A stretch of 64,000 bases of DNA from an uncultured delta proteobacterium (GTDB taxonomy: Bacteria; Desulfobacterota; Desulfuromonadia; Desulfuromonadales; BM103). This document shows, in pieces, positions 1 to 9,860 of the stretch. The notes below the pieces were generated by a model. That model did not search any database. It was not told where the DNA came from and saw nothing but the letters and a program-made list of their open reading frames with translations. The stretch is from contig CAVQRZ010000043.1 in NCBI GenBank assembly GCA_963715335.1, forward strand, positions 9,657 through 73,656, written 5' to 3'. Numbering within the stretch: the stretch's first letter is position 1; each line of letters opens with the position of its first letter. A program made the translations under genes and the position numbers.

Positions 1-1553
1 ACGGCGATCGCGTCAAAACGGCGACAGTAGGGTTCAACTTCTTCACCGGGGACCAGGTCGATCTTGTTGAAAACCAGCAGCCTGGGAATTTCATGCAACT
101 CCAGATCTCGCAGGATACGGTCTACAGAGCGAATCTGCTCTTCGAAACGCGGGTTGGCGAGATCGACCACGTGCAGCAGCAGGTGAGCATCGGCCAGCTC
201 TTCCAGGGTTGCCTTGAAAGCCCCGAGCAGACTTTTCGGCAGGGCCCTGATAAAACCGACCGTATCGGTGATAATCACCTCGCGCTCATGCGGGAAGCGC
301 AGACGACGGGTCGAAGTGTCCAGGGTTGCAAAAAGCAGATCTTCTGTAAAGACCTCACTCTGGGTCAGGGCGTTGAGCAGGGTTGATTTGCCCGCATTGG
401 TATAACCGACAATCGACACGATCGGCACACCGGTCTTGATCCTCTTCTGCCGCCTCTGCAACCTCCCCTTGCCAAGGGACTTAAGCTGTTTTTCCAGGCG
501 GGTGATGCGGTCACGGATCCGCCGCCGGTCTGTTTCCAGCTTGGTCTCACCGGGACCGCGGCCGCCAATCCCGCCCATCAGCCGCGACATGGCGGTACCT
601 CTTCCGGTCAGTCGCGGCAGGATGTACTTGAGCTGGGCCAGTTCGACCTGGACCTTGCCGTCCAGGGTGTGGGCACGACGAGCGAAGATATCGAGAATCA
701 ACTGGCTGCGATCGATAACTTTCAGCTCAGTCATGGCGGCAATGGTCCGCGCCTGCACTGGAGTCAGGTCCTGATCGAAAACCAGCAGGGTCGCGCCCTT
801 GTGCAAAGCACTGATGACGACCTCCTGGAGCTTGCCCTCCCCCATCAGGGAGCGCGGGTGCAGCTTGCGCGACCGCTGCATAATGCGATCAAGGACAACC
901 ACGTCCGCGGTACGTGCCAGCTCCGCCAGCTCGTCCATGGCATCCTCGGCTTCTCTGATCGGCGCCTGGGTCACGGACAAAAGAATTGCTTTTTCCCGGG
1001 GGTCGCCAAGATCGACGGTCGCCGAGCGTGACTGTTCAAGCTCCGCATCCAGGGCGCGGATAAAAGCAGCGAAATCGATCTCCCAAGTGTGAATCGAGGC
1101 GATTGTCTGCAGCAAGTGAATCCGCCCATCCGGAGCGGGAGGGATCAGGTGGGCCATGGACACCGGGCCGGGCAGACCATCCTCGCCGACCGCAATGCTG
1201 ATCATCATATCCAGGCGTAACAGCGCGAGGTCGTTGAGATCGTCCTGGGACAGGGGCTCGCCCTTGAGGTGGGTGTGGATACAGCGCAGACCGCGCAGGC
1301 CGCTGCGACCGAGGCCGTAGCCGGACAGGTCGGGAATAACGATTTCGCGGTCATCGCCAAGGATGACGTTTTTCACTTCGCCACTGCGGTCGATGATCAG
1401 GCCGATCTGGCGGCGCAGCTCTCCTGATAATTCCGTCAGGTAGCGGGCCAGTTCCGGAGAGATCACCTCGCTGGCCACCAGGTGCCTCCGGTAAATTCTC
1501 TCAAGAGCCCTGACCTGGCTGGGTTTGAGTCCTGTGGTATTGCCGTGAATCAT
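1..1553 (-). CDS. hflX: GTPase HflX, long N-terminal form; 3' end runs off the window
   Basis: Manual translation from ATG at 1553 (GAGGTG RBS): MIHGNTTGLKPSQ...GGIGGRGPGETKLETDRR...GYTNAGKSTLLN...DTVGF...NKID. Absent from the ORF track because there is no stop in the window. Confidence 0.93.
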   Translation of the reverse strand, partial: MIHGNTTGLKPSQVRALERIYRRHLVASEVISPELARYLTELSGELRRQIGLIIDRSGEVKNVILGDDREIVIPDLSGYGLGRSGLRGLRCIHTHLKGEPLSQDDLNDLALLRLDMMISIAVGEDGLPGPVSMAHLIPPAPDGRIHLLQTIASIHTWEIDFAAFIRALDAELEQSRSATVDLGDPREKAILLSVTQAPIREAEDAMDELAELARTADVVVLDRIMQRSRKLHPRSLMGEGKLQEVVISALHKGATLLVFDQDLTPVQARTIAAMTELKVIDRSQLILDIFARRAHTLDGKVQVELAQLKYILPRLTGRGTAMSRLMGGIGGRGPGETKLETDRRRIRDRITRLEKQLKSLGKGRLQRRQKRIKTGVPIVSIVGYTNAGKSTLLNALTQSEVFTEDLLFATLDTSTRRLRFPHEREVIITDTVGFIRALPKSLLGAFKATLEELADAHLLLHVVDLANPRFEEQIRSVDRILRDLELHEIPRLLVFNKIDLVPGEEVEPYCRRFDAIA

Positions 1554-1641
1554 TATCACCTCTGTGTCATCAAGGGAGGGTGGGAGACGGAGAGTGGGCG
1601 GAACACTGACTGCCTCTCTCCGGCCTTCTCTATCCTACGAG

Positions 1642-1663
1642 AAAAGGCCCCTCCCGGGGCCTT
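1642..1663 (-). terminator. Intrinsic terminator after fabI
   Basis: Minus strand AAGGCCCC-GGGA-GGGGCCTT followed by further T residues. Confidence 0.65.
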
Positions 1664-1687
1664 CTTGAAAGTTATGTTTGACGATAA

Positions 1688-2455
1688 CTATCCCGCCGAG
1701 ATATTGAAGCCGCTATCGACATAATGGACTTCCCCGGTCACACCGGAGGCAAGGTCTGACAGCAGGTAAAGACTGGCCTTGCCAACTTCCTCCTGGGTGA
1801 CGGTGCGGCCCAGTGGACTACGCTCTTCCATGACATGCAGCTTGTCATTGAAATTGCCAATCCCGGAGGCAGCCAGAGTCTTGATCGGGCCTGCGGAGAC
1901 GGCGTTGACGCGGATATTTCGCTTGCCAAGTTCCGCGGCCAGGTAACGCACTGAAGATTCCAGTGCCGCCTTGGCAACGCCCATAACATTATAGCCGGGG
2001 ACCGCCATCACGGCCCCGAGGTAGGACATCGAAACGATGCTGCCGCCTTTCGGCATCAGGGGTATCGCGAACCGGGTCATGGCCACCAGGGAGTAGGCGC
2101 TGACGTCCATTGCCAGGGCAAAGCCTTCACGGCTGGTCTGGCTGAAGGGGTTCTTCAGATCCTCACGCCTGGCAAAAGCCACTGCATGAACGACAAAATC
2201 AATCGTCCCCCACTGTCGTTCCAGCTCTTTAAAGACCCCGGCGATATCATCATCGGAAGCGACATCGCACGGCACGATGATCTTCGACTCAAGACTTTCT
2301 GCAAGGGGACGCACCCGCTTCTCCAGCGCTTCGTTGAGATAGGTGAACGCCAGTTCGGCACCGGCGCTATGGAGTTGCTGGGCAACCCCCCAGGCGATAC
2401 TCTTCTCGTTGGCAACGCCAAAAATGACGCCCCGCTTGCCATCCATCAAACCCAT
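1688..2455 (-). CDS. fabI: Enoyl-ACP reductase
   Basis: GVANEKSIAWG, YNVMGVAKAALE (YxxxxxxK), SAGPIKTLAA. Confidence 0.95.
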   Translation of the reverse strand: MGLMDGKRGVIFGVANEKSIAWGVAQQLHSAGAELAFTYLNEALEKRVRPLAESLESKIIVPCDVASDDDIAGVFKELERQWGTIDFVVHAVAFARREDLKNPFSQTSREGFALAMDVSAYSLVAMTRFAIPLMPKGGSIVSMSYLGAVMAVPGYNVMGVAKAALESSVRYLAAELGKRNIRVNAVSAGPIKTLAASGIGNFNDKLHVMEERSPLGRTVTQEEVGKASLYLLSDLASGVTGEVHYVDSGFNISAG

Positions 2456-2540
2456 TTAAACATCCTCCTGAAGATTGAGTAATCGGGAGCTGTCTTATCA
2501 GATAGATCAGCTTAAGGCAAGGATTTGCCGCAATCTTTTG

Positions 2541-3320
2541 CTAATTGCCTGCCTTTGTATCATTTTCACCGATTATGGTCAGGATGGCCTCGGCTTTCCT
2601 GTATCCCGGCAGAACCCGCCCGTCGGGCATGACCAGGGTCGGCGTTGAATGAATGCCGAGTTCTCCGACGAGTGCGATCGTCTGATCGACGACCGGGCTG
2701 TTGCAGTTTGGCGCGGGCAACGGTTTGCCGGCAAAACTCAACTCGAGGTACTCCATCGAGTTGTTGCAGACGATGCTTTTCGAGATATCGTAGGCGTTCG
2801 GATGCATCTTCAACGGGAAAAGTTTGATCAGAAAAGCCACCTCGGGGTCGCGCCGAATGACCTCCTTGAGCTCTTCATGGAGTTTTTTACAATAGGGGCA
2901 CTCCGGGTCGGTGAAAACAATAACCCTGGTCTTCGCCGATGGCTTGCCGAGCAGCAGGGCATCGGTCAGCGGGATTTTGCTGACATCAATGCTGTTCATA
3001 CGCACACTGCGCTGCAGGGTCAGGTTCTCTTTATCATTCAGGCGAATGACGTTGCCGGATACCAGGTACTGCTTCGAGAAATCGATGTAGACAGGCAGTT
3101 TTTTCTGATTCTTTTCCACCTCCGCCACCCACATGCCCGGCAGCTCGGCAAATTCCACGCTGTTGACTTTATCAACCATGCCGTCGAGCAGTTGTTCGGT
3201 TTCCGCCATGGTGATGCTGTGGCATTCAGCGCAGGTCCCTGCACCGCAACCATCCGGGGACATGGCGAAGGCACCGTGCACGACCAGCATCATGCTGATG
3301 GAAACAATAAAGATCCGCAT
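2541..3320 (-). CDS. dsbC: DsbC-family thiol:disulfide isomerase with N-terminal CxxCH
   Basis: Signal peptide, FTDPECPYC active site, cis-Pro loop STPT; start taken at MRIFIV. Confidence 0.85.
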   Translation of the reverse strand: MRIFIVSISMMLVVHGAFAMSPDGCGAGTCAECHSITMAETEQLLDGMVDKVNSVEFAELPGMWVAEVEKNQKKLPVYIDFSKQYLVSGNVIRLNDKENLTLQRSVRMNSIDVSKIPLTDALLLGKPSAKTRVIVFTDPECPYCKKLHEELKEVIRRDPEVAFLIKLFPLKMHPNAYDISKSIVCNNSMEYLELSFAGKPLPAPNCNSPVVDQTIALVGELGIHSTPTLVMPDGRVLPGYRKAEAILTIIGENDTKAGN

Positions 3321-3494
3321 AAATCCGTCTTTCTCCGGCATTTTGACCGGCGGGGAGGTGATGCATCGAGTGCTATTCTAGCGAATAACAAGCTTATACA
3401 ACAAGATTGACAGTTAAAAAACCTGAAAAAATTGACTTCCGATGCAATCTTTCGTAATAACTCGCCTCATGAACTTCTTTACAGGCACGGCAAC

Positions 3495-4055
3495 ATGGAT
3501 GCCATAACCCTGCTCGGACTGGCGCTGGCGCTGGCCATGGACGCTTTTGCCGTCGCTCTCGGCACGGGCACTGTGCTGGCACGCCTGACCGGACGGCACA
3601 TCTTCCGCCTCGGCTTTCATTTCGGCCTTTTCCAGGCCCTGATGCCGGTGATCGGCTGGCTGGCCGGCCAGACTGTCGTCCAGTTTATCTCGGCCTGGGA
3701 CCACTGGATCGCGTTTACCCTGCTGGCATTGATCGGCGCTCGGATGATTCACGAAGCTTTAAACGACGATGAGAAACCTGATGATCGCGACCCGACCCGG
3801 GGGGCAAGCCTGGTGATGCTTTCCATTGCAACCAGCATCGATGCCCTGGCTGTCGGGTTCTCCCTGAGCGTGATCGGGGTCTCGATCTGGTTTCCGGCGT
3901 TCATCATCGGCCTGGTGGCCGGTGTATTGACCGTTGTCGGCATGCTGGTAGGCCGCCGCATTGGCGACCGCTGGGGTTCGCGGGTGGAAATTCTGGGCGG
4001 GCTCGTCCTGATTGCAATCGGCGCCAGAATCCTTTGCGAGCACCTGCTGGTTTGA
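3495..4055 (+). CDS. mntP: Manganese efflux pump MntP family
   Basis: LAMDAFAV, FGLFQALMP, ATSIDALAVG motifs; about 6 hydrophobic helices. Confidence 0.9.
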   Translation: MDAITLLGLALALAMDAFAVALGTGTVLARLTGRHIFRLGFHFGLFQALMPVIGWLAGQTVVQFISAWDHWIAFTLLALIGARMIHEALNDDEKPDDRDPTRGASLVMLSIATSIDALAVGFSLSVIGVSIWFPAFIIGLVAGVLTVVGMLVGRRIGDRWGSRVEILGGLVLIAIGARILCEHLLV

Positions 4056-4191
4056 AGTAGGTTCGAGCTATAGTCCTCCCCATTCTTGTTATAATTCTTA
4101 TTTACGGTAATATCGATAGTAAAGCTTGCCGTCTTTAATCCTACTGGCAGGATTCGTTTATTCAATACCACAAAATACTTAGATCGGGGGG

Positions 4192-5283
4192 TTGATGAAA
4201 CTGCATCTCGAGCCCTTGTCGGCCGAACGTCTCGAACAAGCGAAATGGGCTTATACCACGCGCCGGATCAATCGTGACCGCCCAATCCAGTTGCTCAGCG
4301 GGCCGATTATTCCTGAGGCCGGCGATCTGGTGCTGGCCAGCGTTGAGGAATTAGGGCAACACAAGCGCCTGGAGCTGGTCAGCAGTCGCCGTGCAACGCT
4401 GTTCGAAGGCGACGAGATTATCGTCGCCTATGGCAACCGGTATGCTCCGGACCAGTTTGAAGGAATTGTCCCCGATCACCTCGGGGCCTGCCGGCTGGTC
4501 GCCGCCGGAGGAGTGGCTGCCCGCCTGTTGAATCGACACGACAAGATCAAGACAGCGACCCGGATCAAGCCTCTGGGGTTGCTTGCCGACGCAGACGGCC
4601 ACCGCATCAATCTCAGTTCCTCACGTCTGCCCAGAGCGGATCAGCTCGTGCCGGCTCCCCTGGTCCTGGTAGTGGCCGGCACTTCCATGAACTCGGGCAA
4701 GACAACCGCCTGCGCCAACCTGGTCAAAGGCTTTGTTCGACAAAAGATCAAGGTCGCCGCCGCCAAGTTCACCGGCACCGGCGCCGGGGCCGATTATCGT
4801 TCGCTGGTCGATGCCGGGGCCACCCCGGTCTTTGATTTCATCGATGCCGGCTATGTTTCCACCTACCGGGTCCATCGCGATGTGCTGCACGACATCGTCA
4901 TGACCCTTGGTGCGGCAATGGCGGCATCAGGGCCTGACGTAATTATTGTCGAAGTGGCCGACGGTTTGCTGCAGCGAGAGACAGCCCGTCTTTTTGCAAC
5001 GCCGTCATTCACCGACTGGATCGACGGTGTCATTTTTGCTGCCAACGATGCCCTGGGGGCCCAGGCCGGCATCTCGTGGCTGACAGCCCGCCAGCTTCCG
5101 GTGTTCGCGATCACCGGTGTCTTGACCTCGTCCGCTCTGGCCTGCCGGGAAGCAGAGGATATCTGCGGCTTGCCGGTCTACCATACCAATGCCCTGGCCC
5201 GCCCGAGCGTTTCAAGCTACGTCTACAAATGCCTTGAATTCAGGCGTCGCAACCGGATGGCCTCCGCAGGTAAGAGTGCCTGA
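4192..5283 (+). CDS. DUF1611-like P-loop protein
   Basis: GNRYAPDQFEG, GTSMNSGKTT P-loop, TGTGAGAD, VEVADGLLQRET. Confidence 0.7.
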   Translation: MMKLHLEPLSAERLEQAKWAYTTRRINRDRPIQLLSGPIIPEAGDLVLASVEELGQHKRLELVSSRRATLFEGDEIIVAYGNRYAPDQFEGIVPDHLGACRLVAAGGVAARLLNRHDKIKTATRIKPLGLLADADGHRINLSSSRLPRADQLVPAPLVLVVAGTSMNSGKTTACANLVKGFVRQKIKVAAAKFTGTGAGADYRSLVDAGATPVFDFIDAGYVSTYRVHRDVLHDIVMTLGAAMAASGPDVIIVEVADGLLQRETARLFATPSFTDWIDGVIFAANDALGAQAGISWLTARQLPVFAITGVLTSSALACREAEDICGLPVYHTNALARPSVSSYVYKCLEFRRRNRMASAGKSA

Positions 5284-6995
5284 TGAGCGAGCTCCCCGTC
5301 ATCTTTTTCCAGGCGAGACGCTGGCTGTTCCTGCGGCTGGTCGGCAACGGCACGCTCCAGGCAACAAGCATCATTGTATCGATGTTGCTGGTCAGGCACG
5401 CCTTCGATGTGCTCCTGAACCCGGAATTCGATGACCCCGAAGTTCACATGTTCAAGTTAACCCAGGTCTGGGAAATTGCCCTTTTCGCCCTTTGTCTGCT
5501 GGGCAGCACCGGATTTGCCGCCTGGCTGCGCTATATCGAGAGAATCGATGCGGAACGTTTGGGACAGGCGTACATTCACGAGGTCCGGATTGCCGTCTTC
5601 GATCGCATGAGCAGGTTCGCTCCCCGGGCTCTGAGCGGTCGCACGACCGGTTCTTCGATGCTGCGCTTTATCGGCGACCTGTCGGCAATTCGCAGCTGGA
5701 TCAGTCTCGGCCTGGCCAGGATCGTCGTCTCCCTGATTGTTACGGTCATTTCGATCGGCGTTCTGGCGTTCTTCGATCTTTACCTGGCCGTCTGCGCCAT
5801 TTTCATCCTGTCGCTCGGCCTGGGATGGAATCTCAGAATGGGGCCGAACATTCATCGGGTCATAACCGAGGCACGCCGCCGGCGCGGACAGCTGGCCGGG
5901 AATATCAACGAGAAGATTCGTTCATACATCGTTATTCAGGCGTTCAATCAGCGCTCTCGCGAACGCAAACGCTTCAAGAAGCACAGTAAACGGTTGAGTG
6001 AATCGATGATCGATCGAGCTGCGGCTTCCGCGATCATGAGGATTATCAACGAAGGCGCCACAGCCCTGTCCATGGCGGCAATCCTGTCAATCGGTGCCCT
6101 GGAAGTCTTTCGCGGACAGACGACTGCCGGCAACGTGGTCGCCGCAATGGCCGTTGTCGGTTTTCTCTCCAACGCCTTCCGCGACCTTGGTCGTGTTCAC
6201 GAATACCTGCAGGCTTACCGCGTTTCGAAAAAGAAAATTATCGAATTCATGGACACGACACCCTTGCGTGGCCGTTCCTCGAAGCTTCCGCGACTACAGG
6301 TCAGCAAGGGTGAGATAGAGTTGCAGGAGATCAGGTTACGCGGTGTGCTCAGAAGCATCAACGGCACCATTCCGGGCGGCTCCCGGCTGGCTATAATCGG
6401 CGACAACGGTGCAGGAAAGTCAACCTTGCTGCAGGTTGTTGCCAGGCTGGTTGACCCTGACCGCGGCAAGGTTCTCATCGATGGCCAGGACATCAGGCGC
6501 TGCAACCTGGCCTCGGTCCGCGAGGCGATCGGCATCGTCAGTCCGGACCTGCCTTTATTCAAAGGATCGATCAGCTACAACCTGCAATACCGCAAACCCG
6601 ACGCCTCTGACGAAGAACTTTCAAGAGTGCATCAACTATGCAAAATCGATGATCTGCTGGAACAGTTGCCAGGCGGTAAAGATTTCCGCATCAAGGAGGG
6701 GGGCACCAACCTGTCGCTGGGTCAGCGTCACAAACTGGCCCTGGCACGGGCCATCCTCGGACAGCCAGCCATCCTGATCGTTGACGAGATCGATGCAAAC
6801 CTTGACCAACAGGCGATCATGGTCCTTGAAGACGTTCTGACCAACTTCAACGGGACAGTCCTCATGGTCAGCCGTTTTGAGGATCGACTGGCCATGGCAG
6901 ATTATTACTGGCACCTGAAAGACGGCGGACTGGACGCTGTGACCAGGACTCCCCCGGCGACGGCCAGGATGTCATCAGAGCCAAATAACCCGTAA
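5283..6995 (+). CDS. ABC exporter, fused TMD-NBD, degenerate nucleotide site
   Basis: N-terminal TM helices; GDNGAGKST, LSLGQ, ILIVDE; start overlaps upstream stop (TGATG). Confidence 0.88.
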   Translation: MSELPVIFFQARRWLFLRLVGNGTLQATSIIVSMLLVRHAFDVLLNPEFDDPEVHMFKLTQVWEIALFALCLLGSTGFAAWLRYIERIDAERLGQAYIHEVRIAVFDRMSRFAPRALSGRTTGSSMLRFIGDLSAIRSWISLGLARIVVSLIVTVISIGVLAFFDLYLAVCAIFILSLGLGWNLRMGPNIHRVITEARRRRGQLAGNINEKIRSYIVIQAFNQRSRERKRFKKHSKRLSESMIDRAAASAIMRIINEGATALSMAAILSIGALEVFRGQTTAGNVVAAMAVVGFLSNAFRDLGRVHEYLQAYRVSKKKIIEFMDTTPLRGRSSKLPRLQVSKGEIELQEIRLRGVLRSINGTIPGGSRLAIIGDNGAGKSTLLQVVARLVDPDRGKVLIDGQDIRRCNLASVREAIGIVSPDLPLFKGSISYNLQYRKPDASDEELSRVHQLCKIDDLLEQLPGGKDFRIKEGGTNLSLGQRHKLALARAILGQPAILIVDEIDANLDQQAIMVLEDVLTNFNGTVLMVSRFEDRLAMADYYWHLKDGGLDAVTRTPPATARMSSEPNNP

Positions 6996-7007
6996 AGGCT
7001 AATTTTT

Positions 7008-7814
7008 ATGACTACCAAACTTAACCGCGGGACAATCCATCACCGCACCATCGACGGCATGTCGCAACTGGAGTATTTTCTTTATATCCCCGAGACATAC
7101 CAGGATGACGGCAAAATCCTCTACACGATCCATGGCATCTCCAGAAATGCGGAAGAGCATATCCGGGGCTTCGTCGCCCAGGCGGAACGACACGGAGCCG
7201 TTCTTGTTGCGCCGCTTTTCCGCAAAGAAAATTTTCCCCGCTATCAGCAGCTCGGCACCAATGTTCAGCAGGAACGCGCCGATATGGCCTTCGACCATAT
7301 TCTTCAGGATGCGCACCACGGGCTGGGGGTTTCACCGGCACCGATGAGGATGTTCGGCTTTTCCGGAGGAGGTCAGTTCCTGCATCGATATGCGATGTTC
7401 TATCCGAAGCGTGTTGCCAGAATGGTGCTTGCGGCTCCAGGCTGGTACACCTTCCCGGACCCTGAACGGAAATATCCGTACGGGTTAAAATCAACCAGTG
7501 ATTGGCCGCAGCTGCAGTTCTCCCTGGAAAATTTTCTACGGATACCGACCCTGGTTCTGGTTGGTGAAGAAGATGACCTTCGTGACAAGGATCTGAACAA
7601 GGATCGTGAAATCGATTCTTTCCAGGGTTTAAACCGTATTGAACGCGCTGAACGCTGGGTCAGCTCGAATCGCAACCTGGCACGTTCATATGATATTCCT
7701 GCCGATTTTCGTCTGGAAACGATTCCCAACGCGAGCCATGCCTACGAGAGTTATATGGGACATCCCCCCCTTGACGAGCAGGTCTTCAAATTCCTTTTTG
7801 AAAACCTGGCATAA
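7008..7814 (+). CDS. Alpha/beta hydrolase (esterase-like)
   Basis: HG oxyanion motif, GFSGG nucleophile elbow, candidate Asp (GEEDD) and His (ASHAY). Confidence 0.8.
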   Translation: MTTKLNRGTIHHRTIDGMSQLEYFLYIPETYQDDGKILYTIHGISRNAEEHIRGFVAQAERHGAVLVAPLFRKENFPRYQQLGTNVQQERADMAFDHILQDAHHGLGVSPAPMRMFGFSGGGQFLHRYAMFYPKRVARMVLAAPGWYTFPDPERKYPYGLKSTSDWPQLQFSLENFLRIPTLVLVGEEDDLRDKDLNKDREIDSFQGLNRIERAERWVSSNRNLARSYDIPADFRLETIPNASHAYESYMGHPPLDEQVFKFLFENLA

Positions 7815-7865
7815 AAAAAGGCCCAACCAGGATACCGGATGGGCCCGGGCACAAAGCTCAGGACA

Positions 7866-8641
7866 TTAGAACGTCTTGCCGTCCTTGAAGTTTCGATATG
7901 ATACGGTGTGCTGATGCTGCTCCTGATTTTTTTACGATGTACTTCTTGTACTCTTTGCCTTCCCGGACGATGATCCGGCACTTTTCTTCGAGCCCTTCCA
8001 TCTTCAGGCAAATCCGGTCATCCTTGCTGACACGCCAGGTCCCGTAGCGCGGGGACCCATCTCTGACCTGTTCAAGCGTACCGTCCAGGGCGTAGTAAGT
8101 CAGGCTGACACGCCCTTGACTTGCGGTCACTGATTCAACCGTCTTCCCGGCAAAAAGCTCAACAAGCTCTTTCTCCCTGAGCGTACCCGATGGGCAGAAG
8201 CGGTTCCGTCGACAGTTTCTGCAGTTGGTTGCCCTGGAGAAACTCGCTATAGGACTGTTCATACTCGTGATTGCCGTCCCTTTTCGCGGCATACTGGTGA
8301 TATTGATCGCCGTCCTTGATAATCACCCGGCAGTCACGGTGCTCGCCTACCAGGTCGATACATAGGCGACCATCTTCACGCACGTACCACTCGCCAGTTT
8401 TCTGCCAGTTGCCTCGGATCTCTGTCACCTTGCCGTCTTCGGCAAAATAATAGAGCTCCACCCTCTCCTTGCCGGCAATTTTTGCAGCAGCAGTTCGGCC
8501 TGTGAATTGCTGCTTGAGCTGCTCGGCATTCAAGGCCCCGTCCGGCAGGACGATCGGTGGCTCTCCGGCCATTGCAAACAGGTCTGCAGAAAGGCACAGA
8601 ATCAGAACAGAAAGAATTGAAGCGACCCTTAAAGATCTCAT
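7866..8641 (-). pseudogene. Exported tandem two-domain protein (DUF995-like) broken by two +1 frameshifts; pseudogene or sequence error
   Basis: ORFs 8159..8701 and 7858..8292 encode homologous halves (LPDGALNAEQLKQQFTG..YY..DG..GEWYV..DGRLC vs LPSGTLREKELVELFAG..YY..DG..GTWRV..DDRIC); frame switches near 8192 and 7921. Confidence 0.75.
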
Positions 8642-8748
8642 GATTAATCCCTTCATAGTTTTTGATGATAGGTTTTGCTGATAACGTGGAAATTCTACCA
8701 TGATTCCGGGGAGAAATCACGCCAGGAAAGAGATTTGGCCTCAGCGGC

Positions 8749-9624
8749 TCACATCCAGGCGGTAATCAGCCGGCAAGGAATTGTAGCTCTGATCTCCTCA
8801 ACACAACGGTACGGGATTTTCAGGTTGCCGCGCCCGGCGCCCATGACGATCCCGTTCCTGATCGGCTGATGGAAATCGGAGCCGCCGGTCACGATCAGCC
8901 CCAGCGTGCGCGCAAGGGTAATGTAACGATCAATGTCGTCGTTGCCCGCTCCTGAGTAATAAGCCTCGAGGCCATCCAGTCCCCTGGCTATGAACTGGTG
9001 GAGAAGATCGACCAGCGTGTCATCATCGACGCCGATCAACGGCGGGTGGGCGAGGACGGTACAGCCCCCGGCGTCGTGGATCAGGCGGATCGCATCATCA
9101 ATCGGGAAAAACCGTTTCTGTTCATTGCACGGGACCAGGTAGCGTTCAAAGGCGGCGTCCATACTCTGGACATGGCCGGCGGCAAGCAGGGCATGACCGA
9201 TATGCGGGCGGCCGATCGTGCCCTCTGCCCGGCTTTTGATGTCGGCGGGATCAAGGGGCTGACGCCCTTCTTTTTTCAGTTGCCGGTTGATGTTTTCGAC
9301 AATTCGCAGGCTGCGTCCGGCACGAAAGTCACGGAATCCGGTCAGGGCGGCTTTTAACGCCTGGTTTTCATGATCGAATCCATAGCCCAGCAGGTGCAGG
9401 TCCTGGTAATCCTGCCAGACGACCGACAGTTCGACGGCAGAGATAACCTCGACGCCTAGTCGCCGACCCGCAGCAACAGCTTCCGGAATGCCGTCGACAT
9501 TATCGTGGTCCGCCAGGGCAATTGCCCGCAAGCCGATTCTGGCCGCCTCGGCAACCAGTTCAGTTGGCGTCATGACGCCGTCGGAGAAGATGCTGTGTAG
9601 GTGAAGGTCAACGAGATCGGGCAT
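8749..9624 (-). CDS. PHP domain phosphoesterase (TrpH/YciV-like)
   Basis: DLHLHSIFSDG, ADHD, GRPHIG, LAHP, GGSDFH; start taken at MPDLVD. Confidence 0.9.
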   Translation of the reverse strand: MPDLVDLHLHSIFSDGVMTPTELVAEAARIGLRAIALADHDNVDGIPEAVAAGRRLGVEVISAVELSVVWQDYQDLHLLGYGFDHENQALKAALTGFRDFRAGRSLRIVENINRQLKKEGRQPLDPADIKSRAEGTIGRPHIGHALLAAGHVQSMDAAFERYLVPCNEQKRFFPIDDAIRLIHDAGGCTVLAHPPLIGVDDDTLVDLLHQFIARGLDGLEAYYSGAGNDDIDRYITLARTLGLIVTGGSDFHQPIRNGIVMGAGRGNLKIPYRCVEEIRATIPCRLITAWM

Positions 9625-9676
9625 TCGGGTACCGGTCGAAATGCAGTAGATTAATTTTGACATGATAGCATAAAAA

Positions 9677-9708
9677 CGAGGGACGAGGGACGAGGGACGA
9701 GGGACGAG
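9677..9708. repeat. Heptamer tandem repeat (CGAGGGA)x4 plus partial
   Basis: Read directly from the sequence. Confidence 0.95.
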
Positions 9709-9860
9709 AAAGGCTATCCTATCAAAGTGTGGTGTCACGCAATGTTCCACCGGCATGATTTTGATTTCCGCGTTCCCCGTACCTCTTTCCGTTCTTTTAT
9801 AATTGACATCCCCAACGGGTCATGCTTCCATTCACAACATCACGCAATGCACCACGGGAC

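Noticed and set aside
1556..1630. Hairpin and a four-codon ORF (MTQR) upstream of hflX as a possible attenuator
   Set aside because: No RBS for the mini-ORF and no U-tract after the hairpin
3345..3494. yybP-ykoY manganese riboswitch expected upstream of mntP
   Set aside because: No recognisable conserved core or four-way junction by eye
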